Source: Octopus vulgaris (Eukaryota). Taken from it: DNA of 64,000 nucleotides. Below, in pieces: positions 24,407 through 38,224 of the stretch. The notes beneath the pieces were generated by a model. That model had not been told where the DNA came from and searched no databases. It was given only the letters and a program-made list of their open reading frames with translations. The stretch covers positions 104,966,001-105,030,000 of the forward strand of contig OX597823.1 of assembly GCA_951406725.2 (NCBI GenBank). The letters run 5' to 3'. The position numbers and the translations under genes were made by a program. Position 1 is the first letter of the stretch, and every line of letters begins with the position of its first letter.

Positions 24407-25834
24407 CAGAGAGAGAGAGCGGAAAAGAGATATTTTTGGTCTCTCTATACTTTACGTCATTTAAAAATATTTTCTACATTTACATTTTAAATGACTGAAA
24501 TTATTGTTTTATAGATACTTCTTTCAAAATTTTAATTTTGTTCATTTACATTATCCACTTGTGGTGTTTGATTTTATTTTGTAATCATGAAAAGTTCTAT
24601 CAAATAGGAGTAGGAATTTTTGTTGGTTTTGCTTTAAATGCATATTCTAAGTGTTTCAGAATGTGGAATAACATAAAATTATTAAAAATAATGAAAAAAA
24701 GAAACATTTTAGTGGTAGTTGCTATTCCAAAGACACGGTGTCGGTGGGGAGGCAAATGTTTAAAATACATAGATTAAAAACTCTTTTTTCCTCTAAAAAT
24801 TTGGATTATGTGTTTCACTATACAGAATATTAAAACAAAAGGGTGAAAAAAAAAAATTTTAATGGTGATGGCTGTTATGAAGGTACAATGGGAAGAATAG
24901 AAGTGGGGGAGGGGCAACATTTAAAAAATTATGGATTACAAATTTTTTTTTGTATTAGAGGCTTTCAAACTTACCATTTTGAAGTGTGTGGTGCAAAACA
25001 AAATTTTTAAAATTCTGGCAAAAATGGAGAAAATCCAATTTATGTTGAACAGATATTCTGAAATTCCACCCAGACTGTTACCATGAAAGATGAAAGTCAA
25101 TCTATAACACTATTAGGATAATTTTGATATTATAATCAATATCATGTTACATTTAATACAATTTGGCAATATTAATAATTCATTTCAACATCCTGTATCC
25201 TTTTTAATATATACATACATATATGCGTACACTTGAATTATTAAATACATAACTAACTTCAACCTTCAGCATTTTTATATTAGGCTTTTATATTAGATTT
25301 TCATATTTTCTTAGCTTTTTATAGTTGGTTTAAAACAAAACAGTTCCTAAACATATATCCAAAGTCTCTGGATCTTCGCAGTACCATTTTCAAGAATTGA
25401 ATATATTTAGTGTCTGTGATGTTTCTTACAAACTGATTGAATTCATGTAGATATTCCTACCGAAGGTTTCTCTGCCATTAGCATCATCCATCAACACTGG
25501 TTGATGTGTGTATTTGCAGTTCAATCAATTTATACACAGACATGAAGATCTAGATTTTTGTTTTGCTATCTTTATAAATAAATGTGCATGAGTAAATAAA
25601 TTAAATTGCTGATGTATAAAGTGAAGCACAACTCTTTCAACCAAGTATAACTTTGAAGAAGAAATTATTACCTTCAACAAATCCACCTTATCTATTACTT
25701 ATCTTCCTTCCATCATGTTTATCTGAGAGATAAAATCACAAAGTAATTTTGTGGACAAATTACATAACATGCAACAATGCCTCTTTAGTTTTCTTATCTG
25801 AACAACAAGTTGTAAAAGAAGATATTTTTCTTTT

Positions 25835-26130
25835 TTAACGTCCGTTTTCATGCTAGCATGGGTTGGACAGTTTGACTGAGGTCTGGCGAACCAGACTCCA
25901 ATCTGATCTGGCACAGTCTCTACAGCTGGATGCCCTTCTTAACACCAACCACTCTGAAAGTGTAGTGGGTGCTTTTATGTGCCACCAGCACGAGGGCCAG
26001 TTTGGTGGTACTGGCAACGGCCACGCCCAAATGGTACTTTTTATGTGCCACCTGCTCAGGAGCCAGTCCAGTGGCACTGGCAACACCCTCACTCAAATGT
26101 TTCCCGTGCCACCAGCACAAGTGCTAGTAA
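25835..26130 (-). mobile_element. RTE 3' UTR fragment
   Basis: TTAACGTCCGTTTTCATGCTAGCATGGGTTGGAC followed by ~60-bp UTR repeat units. Confidence 0.85.
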
Positions 26131-27454
26131 GGCGACAGGAAAATGGAAACAACAAAGGGAAAAGGTGAAATCAGAGCAACTCAGAGTTGCATAAATCAAA
26201 AACTTGTTTTGTTTGCTAAAATATTTGATTTCAGTTTTCCATTTTGATTTTGTAGTTCAAATACAGCTAATTACGATGAGTCGATGAGGAAGCCACTATG
26301 TGGTCATGAGACCCAGTAAAAGTAACCAAATCTTCTTTGAATCACAATCTATTGTCTTTAAAAAAGGCCACATTGAATATTGCAGTTCGAGAGTGATCCT
26401 TGATTTTACAACATTAATTCTCATTTGTGTAAATGAAGCTTTTTATCATACAAATCTTCTGTTAGGGTGAAGCACAGCCACAGATTGGTGCCCCATCACC
26501 CATCCAACTTTCCTCATAACTTTCTGGAGAATTCATATTTTTTTAAATAAAATTTTGCAGGGACAAGTTTCTGAGGTTCTCTAATTTAAAGATCTTATAG
26601 TAACCAAAGCCCAACAGCCCTCAGCAGAGAGCAGATTCAACATCTGGCTGATTTTTGGTTCATAAAAAATATGATACAAAATTCAAAATAATTCACATAG
26701 CTTTTCTTCATAATAAAATTTCATGAAATTGACAAAGAGTGAAAGCAAATTAACTGGCCATTTGAAAAGAAAAAGATTCAGGGCCCTGAAAGATGATACA
26801 CATCATCCAAATTAGGATATTTCATGAAAGTGAAATTGATGTTGTAAACTTAAAGATCACTCAGTCATGGATACACTAATTTTGGCAAAAAAAAAAAAAG
26901 AAAAAAATGTGGTGGTTATGGCTGGAATATCCTTGGACCAGACCAATCTGGGACTAAACAACAATCATGGCTATTCAGTTACCAACCGACATATTTATTA
27001 CATGTCCATGAGTTGATACATTGAATAAAAAGCATAAATGTTTTAGCTGTGACCAGAAGTCCATTAATGCCCTACTATACTTATAAGATATAAAGCAAGA
27101 CTCTTTCACTGAATAGAAATAACTATGAATCTAAGTAAATATATTCCTGCATCATGAATTTTTTACATTGCAAATCTGTGACAAACGTATCTGAAACACT
27201 AAAATCTCTACAAATATTTCAAGGATGAATAAAAACGATTATTTTTTTTTCATTTTATGTTATAATTGGTAACAACAGCATCAGTGGTTACAGGTTTCTA
27301 ACCAATGATGTCAAACAAATATGTATTTATGAATACAAACTAGATTGAGTGCATGAGTTCTTGATCTTTCAACTGTTTACTGTATATCACTGGTTTCTGC
27401 ACAAAAGTATAAGGAAAAGAATTTCTGTTGTTTCAATATCATCCTCCTCCTCCT

Positions 27455-29475
27455 CATCATCATCGCTTAACGTCTGCTTTCTATGCTGGCATGGGTTGAA
27501 TGGTTTGACTGAGGGCTGTTGAGCCAGAAGGCTGCATCAGGCTCCAATCTGATCTAGCAATGCTTCTACAGCTGGATAACCTTCCTAACACCAACCTCTC
27601 TGAGAATATAGTGGATGTTTTTTACATACCACCAGCATAAGTGCCAGTCAGGCAGAACTGGCATCAACCACACTTGGATGGTGCTTTTTACACGCCACTG
27701 GCACAGGAGCCAATCAGGCAGCACTGGCATCAACCATGCTCAAATGGTGCTTATTACATGCTACCGGCACTGGTGCCAATCAGGTTGTACTGTCATCGGC
27801 CATGACAACAACTTCACATGCCTCAACAGATCTTCACAAGTGCAGTTTATTACCCAATGATTCAAGGGTACTCTTAAATGGGCTGGTTATGCTGCACTGG
27901 CATAGGTTACAGTCTCACTTGGCTTGACAGGTCTTCTCAAGCACAGCATATCTCCAAAGATCTCAGTCACTTGTCATCACGATTGTTCGAAGGTCGTGCT
28001 TCAACACCTCATCCCAGGTCTTCATGAATCTGCCTCTTCCATAGGTCCCCTCTACAGCTAGGGTGTGACACTTTTTCACACAGCTGTCCTCATGACCACA
28101 CCAGCACAGTCGTCTCTCTTGCACACCACATTTGATGCTTTTTATGTCCAACTTTTCTCTCAGGGTGCTTACACTCTGTCCTGTATGCACACTGGCATTA
28201 CACATCCAGCAGAGCATACTAGCTTCATTCCTTGCAAGCTTACGTGTGTTCTCAGCAGTCATGGCCCACGTTTCACTGCCATGTAGCATGGCTGTTCACA
28301 CATATGCATCATACAGTCTACATTTTACTCTGAGTAAGAGGCCTTTTATCACCAGCAGAGGTAAGAGCTCTCTGAACATTGCCCAGGCTATTCTTATTCT
28401 AGCAGTGACACTTTCAGCGCACCCTCCCCTGCTACTGACTTGGTAATGGAAGCTATCAACTACTTGTAGTTTTTTCCCCCTGGAATGTGACAGAAGCTGT
28501 TTTCTGCACATTTTCAGTGTTTATTGCCCCTGAGTTTTTGGCACCTACAAAAACTATATTTTCAGTTAGTCTTCCTTTGATATTGCTGCACCTCTTATGT
28601 ATCCATAGCTTACACTTGGTACATCTTATAGAGTTTCTACCTACACCTCTACTACAGATCGAGCAGAGCCATCTACCTGAAGGGATTTGTGGTTTGTCAA
28701 GCCTTCCTACTTATTAGGATTTTGGTTTTTGCTAGGTTGGCTCTAAGGCCCTTCGATTCTAGACCTTACTTCCACACCTGAAACTTCTCCTCTAGTTCTG
28801 ATAGTGACTCAGCTATAAGAGTGAGGTCATCAGCATAGAGAAACTCCCAGGGGCATCCTGTCTTGAATTCCTCTGTTATTGCCTGGACGACTATGATGAA
28901 TAAGAGGGGGCTGAGGACCCTCCTTGGCGGACCCCTACCCCTATCTGGAATTCTTCACTGTACTCATTGCCAACCCTCACCTTACTCACAGCATCCCTGT
29001 ACATAGCTTGTACAGCTCTCACTAACCACTCATCTATCTCCAGTTTCTGTATGACCACCAGATAAGGGATCAGGAGACCCTGTTAAAGGCTTTCTCCAAG
29101 TCAACAAAAGCCAGGTACAGAGGTTTATCCTTGGCTAGTATTTCTCTTGTAGCTGTCTTACCAAAAATATAACATCAGTGGTGATTTTCCCTGGCACAGA
29201 GCCTAGACTGACTCTCTCCCTAATTAGTTGGGCTATGACTCTCTCTGTGACTTTCATTACCTGAACCAACAACTTGATACCTCTGTAATTATTTGGATCT
29301 AATGCCTCACCCTTACCTTTATAGCAGTTGACTATGGTGCTGCTACGCCAGTCATTGGGTATGACTCCTTCATGTATCACCTGATTGACTATACGGGTGA
29401 CTAGATTATAGCCGACCCCTCCGGATATTTTAAGCATCTCTGTGGTGATTCCTGATGGGCTGGGGGCTTTCCCTA
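27455..29475 (-). mobile_element. 5'-truncated RTE-clade LINE (~2 kb), degenerate, with PHD finger
   Basis: Collinear with 5199-7230. ORFs 29135..29437 (NYRGIKLL), 28296..28511 and 27963..28289. PHD region at about 28535-28672. Confidence 0.93.
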
Positions 29476-30089
29476 TTATTTGAATAACTCAACAACTTGC
29501 TCATTGAAGTAATATCTAAATGGTTGACCATTTCACAGATATGTGTAGTCTTAAAGTAATACTCAGATGGATCAGTATGACATGGTTTGTGACAAGGCTG
29601 GGTCTTTAGAAAGAAAAAAATTAACTGGATTAGGCTCATGATCCTTTATGCCTGGTTGCATAATGTCAAAAAAAAAAAAGCAAAACAGAAAAAAAGAAAA
29701 GCAATGAGGCATAAGAAATGTAAAAAAATTGAAATTTTAAAAATATTCTTCTTACATAATCTCAGCCTGAAGATGCAAGTGGATCTGAAGTGGGTCTGGA
29801 AGATGCAAGAGTAGATCTGAAGGGTAACTAGTCTTTACAGAAGAGGTGGAAGCACTTCTCCAATGAGATATGCTAACCAGTAGTACAAAAACAATTGTCA
29901 TGACTGAATTCAGAATTTCCAAGGAGAACAAAATTGAAATTCCTCACCAACTGAGGAAAACCCAATATCAGAACATGGCTGACAAGGCACTTTATTCTCT
30001 ATTGAAAATGGTTGCCACAGTTTACCAGTAAGATTGGTTTTGCAGAAGATTGGTTTTGAGCCCAAACCTCCTCTCCTCCACCTCCTCCT

Positions 30090-30370
30090 CATCATCATCA
30101 TTTAATATCTGTTTCCCATACTGGCGTAGGTCGGATGGTTTGACTGGAACTGTTCAGCTCTTCAGCTGACCTGTCTCCATGTCTGTTTTAGCATGGTTTC
30201 TACAGCTGGATACCCTTCCAGATGCCAACCACTTTAGAGAATGTACTGGGTGCTTTTTATGTGACACCAGCACCCATGATCCCACAAGATTAGAATTGCC
30301 CTGCTGAAGAGGAATGCAAGGGACATGCTTGTATGCAAGAACAACCATAATTTCATTTGGTTTGCCAGAA
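30090..30370 (-). mobile_element. Old RTE 3' fragment
   Basis: (CAT)n TTAATATCTGTTTCCCATACTGGC...CAGCTGGATACCCTTCC. Confidence 0.65.
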
Positions 30371-31534
30371 GTCTCGGTGTCTTGTCATCCCTTCTGTGCA
30401 GTTCAAAATGGTTGTGATTACCAAGATATTGTAAATGAGACCCTTCTATAGATAAAGGCTAATTCAATCTTCATTGCCACACTCAGGTGAAGTGTATAGG
30501 CTTAGGGGAAAATTACTCGTGACCCTGAGATACTTGCTGAAGATGGGAAAGAAGTTTCAATATTACAATAGCTGTAGTCAGTATTTCTTGAAAAGCTTGC
30601 AATATCTTCATACAACAGCTCCTGCAGTTTCTGATGCTTATTTTACCAGTTTGAAAATATCATAGAGGAAAAATTTTCAGAAAAAAATGTCTAATATGAA
30701 AAGGTTATCACCTGTTACATACATCAGTGTGAGAATGCAAAACATGAAAACACTGAAATTTGAATATTTTCTTTCTTCATTCATTGCTTTTTTTATGTCT
30801 TTTGCAGAATAGTAATCTCTAATGTTCAAAGAACCCCATTCTCCAAGAAGTGGGAAAAAAAAAAAACAAAAAAAAAACTGGAATTGTTCGATAAATAAAA
30901 AAAGTTACAGGTGCACTTTGCTTATTCTGAAACTTTACCTAAGTAAAATATATTGGATCAAAACAAGACATATAAATACTATAAATACGATGACTCTAAC
31001 AGTTAAAAAAATGTATGTTAAACGCAACATTTAGAATATTTAAAATATGACAATTGATAAGGCAAAACAAAAATGAATGTAATAGTATAAAAAAAATATA
31101 ATGGGACAGAGATGTACATGGAAATAGAGAGAGAGAAAGAGGAAGGAGAGTAGCATAAAGGAAAGGCTTGAAGAGAAAGGAACAACAACAATAAGTGTAT
31201 GAAAGAACAAAATAAAGAAAGAAATGAAGGTAGAGGTAAAGTGGTGAGCAGAAGAGGAAGAGTTAGTAAAAAGTAGATGGTAAAAGATTATATTTGGTGA
31301 AGCTGAGTTTAAGATAATTTAAGATAGAGGTAACAGAATGGCATAATGTGGAAAGCCTGTATTTATGCGGCAGGGTAAGAAAAAATAAATAAGAAAGTGT
31401 AAGGTTTATAAATATATAATGAATTGAAGAGAAAGAGAAATAAGTATGGAAATGAAGGAGAGGAAAAGATATGGGGTTTAATGTTTACACACACTAATAA
31501 TCTCTCTCTCTCTCTCACACACATACTATATATA

Positions 31535-31576
<42 letters not shown>

Positions 31577-31625
31577 CATATATATGTATATATTATTATA
31601 TATATATATATATGATATATATATA

Positions 31626-32745
31626 TCATCATCATCATCATCATCATCGTTTAACGTCCGCTTTCCATGCTAGCATGGGTTGGACTTCAACTGGGGTCTG
31701 GGAAGCCCGAAGGCTGCACCAGGCCAGTCAGATGTGGCAGTGTTTCTACAGCTGGATGCCCTTCCTACGCCAACCACTCCGAGAGTGTAGTGGGTGATTT
31801 TAGTGCCACGACACAGGTGCCAGACGAGGCTGGCAGACGGCCACGCTCGGATGGTGTTTTATGTGCCACCGACACAGGTGCCAGACGAGGCTGGCAGACG
31901 GCCACGCTCGGATGGTGTTTTCTTATGTGTCACCGACACAGGTGCCAGACGAGGCTGGCGGACGGCCACGCTCGGATGGTGTTTGTTACGTGCCCTCAGC
32001 ACGGAGGCCAGTCATTGCGGTACTGGCTACGGTCACGTTCGGATGGTTTTCTTATGTGCCACCGCATTCCACAAGGATACAAATTCCATTGATGTTCATC
32101 TATTTTGATTTGGTTCGATTTGATTCGATACGATTCGATTCTCACTTGCCTCAACAGGTCTTCACAAGTGTCACAGAAGGAAGGTATGCACAGGTGGACT
32201 GACTACGTCCCAGGTAGGGGCCACGGATTATGGCTTCACTAGTCTTGCCGGGTCTTCTCACGCACAGCATACTTCCATAGGTCTCGGTCTCTAGTCATTT
32301 CCATGGTGAGACCTAACGTCCGAAGGTCGTGTTCACCACCTCGTCCCAGGTTTTCCTGGGTCTACCTCTTCCACGGGTTCCCTCAACTGCTAGGGATTGG
32401 CACTTTCTCACACACCTATCTTCATCCATTCTCGCCACATGACCATACCAGCGCAATCGTCTCTCTTGCACACAACAACTGATGCTTTTAGGTACAACAT
32501 TTCTCTCAAGGTACTAACGCTCTGTCGAGTAAGTACACTGACATTACACATCCATCGGAGCATATATACGCATGTCCTCAGCAGTATGTTTCACTGCCAT
32601 AGCATAGCTGTTCGTACACATGCATCACAGTCTGCCTTTACTCTGAGCGAGAGCCTTTAGTCACCAGCAGAGGTAAGAGCTCCTAAACTTTGCCCAGGCT
32701 ATTCTTATTCTAGCAGTTACACTTTCAGCGCACCCACCCCCACTA
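31626..32745 (-). mobile_element. 5'-truncated RTE-clade LINE (~1.1 kb) inserted in (TA)n
   Basis: Collinear with 5199-6200, with many 1-2 bp deletions. Expanded ~60-bp UTR repeats at 31790-32065. (TA)n on both flanks. Confidence 0.92.
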
Positions 32746-32948
32746 CTATATATATATATACTATATATAAAATATGTATGTATGTGTGTGTTGGAACGAA
32801 TGGAAAGAGAAAGAAGCATGAAAATGATGATGAAAAGACACTTGGTTCAAGGTTTATGAAATAGAGTGAAAAAATTCATATACACACATTGACATATACC
32901 CATATTTTATAATATATGCTTATTTTTTATACATACATACAGATATGC

Positions 32949-32990
<42 letters not shown>

Positions 32991-34049
32991 TTCTTTCCAT
33001 GGTGGTGCTCCAGCATGACCACAGCTGCATGACTGAGACAAATAAAAGAATAAAAGAACATATACATCTGTGTATGTACATAAGAACTGAAGAAGGGAAG
33101 AAAGAGGTAATCATAGGATGAAGCAAAAACAGAAAAGTGAGGCAGAGAGAGCTCCACATAAAGATTGATTTTGACATAGTATACTGGGTTAATAGACAAA
33201 AACAGATTTGATTTCCTTTTCCAAAGGAAAGTCCGTTTATCAATAGAATGCAGTTCTGTAAAAATCCTTTGAACAATATTTAGCTAATAGAGAGCCTTTT
33301 GCACATAAATCCACAGGAAAAAGGAAAACTCAAAATATTCATATGATAATCACTGGATTTTTAATGGAACTTCCAGAAATTATTGAAGAATTTCTGTAAT
33401 TCTTATAGTATAATATATTAAGTCAGTAGAAAATATTCAGTCATATATGATAGGCATCTGTACAGTTTCCATCAACCAAATTCTAGTTACAAAATACTGG
33501 TAAATTCATCTTAGAAGACACTAGCCTAAGGTCCAGACAATGAGATCAAAATTAAAAGCTTGTGATTGCAGAGCAAATGTCTTAACCAGAAACCAGACAA
33601 CCTTGCTTTTCTTTCAAGCTTTTTCTTCACAATCATGAGATTTCCTCATCTCATACAGAATGAAAGAGAATAAAGATAAAACAACCAAAATTCAGATGAA
33701 AGTCAAACACCAGCCCGAATGGAATATCTATGATATAAATTTATTTACAGAATTTTTGATTATATACAGAATTTTAAAATCAAAACAACATTACAGATAT
33801 TGGGGTAGTTGTATAAACAATTCTCCCACCTCGTAGGTTAACTTAGCATTTCGTCCTTCTGAAGTTGATTTCTGTTCCTATAATGTTTCTTAGACATGAA
33901 TGGGATTATAAAAGAAAAACCAAGATGAAGACTCAAGTGATTGGGTGGCACTTTTATCATCATTTAAATTTCATAAATTTACCTTGCACCACCCCTCCTA
34001 TTGTTCAACCACTGAAAAGTTTGGTCTGTCACATTTGTTTCCTTTGACT

Positions 34050-35135
34050 GCTATCCATCAGCTGAGATGCTTGGGAATGGGCAAACAGTATGAGGTCATC
34101 TAGATCACATAAAGATAGAGTATTCTGTAGGCCTGTAAATAGGGGTAACATAGGGAGTCCACAGTTCAAAGTTGCTAGCTATACAGACCGCAAATTTGTG
34201 ATTTGCTTGGTTGACCTATATAAGTTGCATAGACAGGGATCCAGATACTGGAAACTGAAAGCATCTTTCCTTAGACCCCAAGTTTGAAGAGTCTGGATTA
34301 GAGAATTAATTAGGAGGAAGGTGACTGGGGCAACCGTTGACAACCAATAGTGTTAGCCCTGAAAAGGGCTGTTAGATTAGGATCATAGAATTGATAAGGT
34401 TTAGTAAGGAAATCGTGATAAAGAATTCTGGAAATGTTAATAGCCTAGAAGAGGCACTTAGAAAAAGCATCACGATTGAAAAAGCATCGTGATGTGCTGG
34501 CAGTGAGATTGGCCCTTGACTGGTTCTTCAATGCTAAGCATCAACATTGCATTGTCAGAGCTAGGGCCTGTGCTCTGAGGTCTGATGGAATGAGATGTAT
34601 TTAAAGGGCCAGGGTTGCACAAGTGCAATGCAGCAACAAAGCCACAATTTGGTCTTTGAGGGACTTGGAGGAGCACTCCATTCGAAGCACATGTATACAG
34701 CTTTACAGTGGCACTCTGCTCAACTGTCTGGGTGAGTGGTGAGTTGGAAACAGGGGTTAAACTCTACTTCCTACCTTTATGGCTTGCCACAGCCTTTGAC
34801 TAGGGATGTTGAATGATAGATGAATGCAGTGAGGATGGCCCAAGTGAGTGGGCCTACTTTAAGCTGACACCTGTAGACTGAGGAATACAGAGGAAAGAGG
34901 GGCAATTGATATAGTACTTTGAGCATGTAGAACAACTCAGAATTTGCAGCATTCTTTGACTGCCTCTGGGTGGCATTTTACCCCTATTGTTGATTTTGTT
35001 TTGAAAGAATCTTTTGCAAATTGTTCTTGTTTTTATTGTTTATATATTTCTATGTAAACCCCCTCTCTCCTTTGCCTCTGTTCTGCCCTAATTATTTTTG
35101 TAGCCCTTGGACAATAAAGAAAAAAATATTATTAT
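34050..35135 (+). mobile_element. Degenerate L1/Tx1-like LINE 3' portion
   Basis: GC-richer block. NAVRMAQVSG near 34820-34850 resembles WVNVARMARRN of the 2591-3050 relic. Ends TAGCCCTTGGACAATAAAGAAAAA like that family. Confidence 0.5.
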
Positions 35136-35981
35136 TATGAAGAAATAAAATTTACATTTTTGTTTAAATTAATCTTAAAATCAAGTAATTCAAATATTGA
35201 AAAAAATATCCATGTACGATATGCTACCATGTATGTGTATGATATGCTATCATGTATAAGATGTTTATGATATGCTACCGTGTATAAGATGCACTCTTAT
35301 TTTTAATTGTGATTTTGGTAAATGTACAGAATCTCATACACCAAGTATATAACATACACATACACAGACACACACACATGGACAAGCACACACATGCATG
35401 CATACACCTCGCACACAAATACATGCATAAATATTTTTAATTTTCCTAATTAAAGGTAAAAATCATTGTAGGAAATAATTCAATAGATCCATTGGCATAT
35501 ATTTGCATAATTAAATTAAAGAGCAACATATTGAATATATATAATAAATTCTTGATAACTCTTTGACCAAAAATATATGCGACTTGTTTACTATATGTAA
35601 AAATGTAATGTCTGATCTGCCGGTTTGGTTAGACTGTACTTTGCAGGTGAGGTCAAAAGTTATTGTTGCTATTTAGATGCAGGTGAACTCTGATCAATCA
35701 GATTTATGATCGATGAGTTCTAGCTCTCATTATTTTCATCTTCAAAGTCTTTGAATATGCAAAATAATGCTTATTAATGTAATTTTTATGTTATGTAGAC
35801 GTATTCAGTCAGTCTTGTACTTATTAAAATTTTTTTAGTGCTTTGATTCTTTAATGTTTTGGTGTCATCATTTTTTTTTTATTAGTTTTGCTTTAGTTTC
35901 TTTTGTATTTTGCTTTCGCTATTTTTTGCATCCTAAAATAATATTTAATGAAAACTTTTTCCAATGCAATTGGTTTCTCAA

Positions 35982-36257
35982 CCAGTGTTTCTCAACCATG
36001 ATTTTCCTATGGATCCCCTGTGATTCCCATGGATCCCCTGTGATTCCTATTTAACTCAAGATGAGTTAACCTCATAACCATTCGATGTTTGATAAACCCT
36101 CTTATACTTTTATAAAGATTATTAGGAATTGGTTAAAAAATTGTTTAGAATATTTTGTGTATTGCAGAAGCATAACTAGTTTATTGGATGTAAAATTTAA
36201 CAATAAAATCATGGGTGGACTCCCAAGGGCCATGTGGACCCTTGTTGAGAACCAATG
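35982..36257. mobile_element. hAT (Charlie-like) MITE
   Basis: Termini CAGTGTTTCTCAAC and GTTGAGAACCAATG, with subterminal GGA(T/C)CCC motifs. Confidence 0.6.
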
Positions 36258-36638
36258 GTGTAAGCCCCCACCAAAATAAAAAAATTATCAAAAGAAAAAA
36301 AAGTACTTTAGGGAGATGTAGAATTATTTAATATTCAAGAATAACAGGGAAATATTCTCCAAAGCAACCCATCTGATTTTTAAGTCATATGTGTTCTTTA
36401 CTTTTTAATATGGTATGGGGTACTTTGAGGAGAATTTGGTTGCAATTTCTAGAAGATTGAGTGACTATTTCTAGCAGATCAAAAGGTTGGTCCCACTGGC
36501 TTGTTCAGCAATGTGTAGATATTTCAACAGGGAAACAAAACAAGTATGGCACTTTTGATCATGAGTGTATTTAAAGTTCCAAACATACTATATGAGTGTG
36601 TGGCAGATGAAGTGAGTGAAAGATTAGAGACAGCATAT

Positions 36639-37693
36639 TTAGTTTTAAATTATCAAACAGAAAATCCAAACAGTTTGTATTCTTCAGTCATATAATTAAA
36701 ATAGAATTTTGACAGACACTCACATTTTCATATGTATGCATACACATCTATGTTAAAATACATACACCCAATGTGTGTCTACACAGACTTTATCCATGTT
36801 TCAGTAGCTATTTTGAAATAATATAACAGATATCACAATGCTTATTTGTCTGTCTAATGATGATAATATACATTTGTATATCATATATATGGGTGTATCT
36901 ATGTGTGTTTGTATTTGTGTTTGTCCCTCATCACTGCTTGACAACTAGTGTTGGTTTATTTACATCCTCATAACTTAACTGTTCAGCATAGGAGACTGAT
37001 GGAATAAGTATCAGTCATGAAACATAAAAAAGTAATGGGCTCAAATTGCTCAATTAAACTCTTCAAGGAAGTGCTCCAGTGTGGCCGCAGTCCAGTGACT
37101 GAGCAAGTAAATCAAAAAAGAAATATCATTGTTAGAAATGTGGCACAAGTAAATTCAGAGCAACAATGTGTCTAGAAACCATTGTCTTACTTCTGGTGCC
37201 TTTCTTCCACCATTTCCCCATTCCATTCCGGCATTCCTCTGGAGCACCTTAATCATCCTGGAGGGTTGCAATGCAGGCAGTGACACTGCATGTGGCAGCA
37301 ACATCTAAGAGTAATGACCTGGATGCAGCCACAGTCGACTCTGCTTAGAGTGTAAGGAATTAAGTGTTGAAACACTTGCATGAGATTGGTGGGTTGGAAT
37401 GGTGTGAGGGCTTCTTAGAAGAATCTCTGCTGATTACACCCGTACATATGATATACAAATGTATATTATCATCATTAGACAGACAAATAAGCATTGTGAT
37501 ATCTGTTATATTATTTCAAAATAGCTACTGAAACATGGAAAAAGTCTGTGTAGACACACATTGTGTGTATGTATTTTAACATATATGTGTATGCATACAT
37601 ATGGAAATGTGAGTGTCTGTCAAAATTCTATTTTAAATATATGACTGAAGAATACAAACAGTCTGGATTTTCTGTTTGATAATTTAAAACTAA
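36639..37693. repeat. Long inverted repeat: 248-bp arms (36639-36886 and 37446-37693) around a ~560-bp spacer
   Basis: The arms are reverse complements with only scattered mismatches. Confidence 0.93.
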
Positions 37694-38112
37694 TTAGCTC
37701 CCCCTAGTGTTTCTTACAACCAACAACCAGACGGTTTGATCCAGTCGTTTTATTCCCGGATTGCAGCAGATTAAAATGTGTACCTTATGAGCCCTGGCAT
37801 ATTAACCAGGGATCTGGAATAATTTTGTGCAGTGACAGAAGAAATAAGAAAATAATATAACTTAAAAAAAAAACAACTTTTCCTTTTAACTCTCCTTTTT
37901 CCTTTTTTCATTTGCTGTTGTGGGTATTTCACCTCATGTCAGACCCGATAACTTTTGTCTGGTTTTGCACTGCCTTGTCCTTTGGGTATTTTTGGTCCAC
38001 TCTATTACAAGCATTCAGGGAAGGTTTCCTGTTTGAGGGTCACTTTCTCTCACTTGTCTCTGAAGTCCCAAACTAGTGATGGACATTGTCCTTCCTCCTG
38101 TCACTGAGGCAA

Positions 38113-38144
<32 letters not shown>

Positions 38145-38224
38145 CTTTAAAATCGTATTTAATACTTCATTTCACTGTGTCGGTGAGTAGATATTATCAT
38201 TTCAATTGGCAGTCAGAAACGACT

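Noticed and set aside
23750-25070. Possible additional DNA-transposon/MITE remnants
   Set aside because: I could not define matching TIRs or a TSD.
31790-32065. CRISPR-like repeat-spacer appearance of the ~60-bp units
   Set aside because: The 'spacers' are homologous to each other, the array lies inside an RTE 3' UTR, the context is eukaryotic and there are no cas genes.
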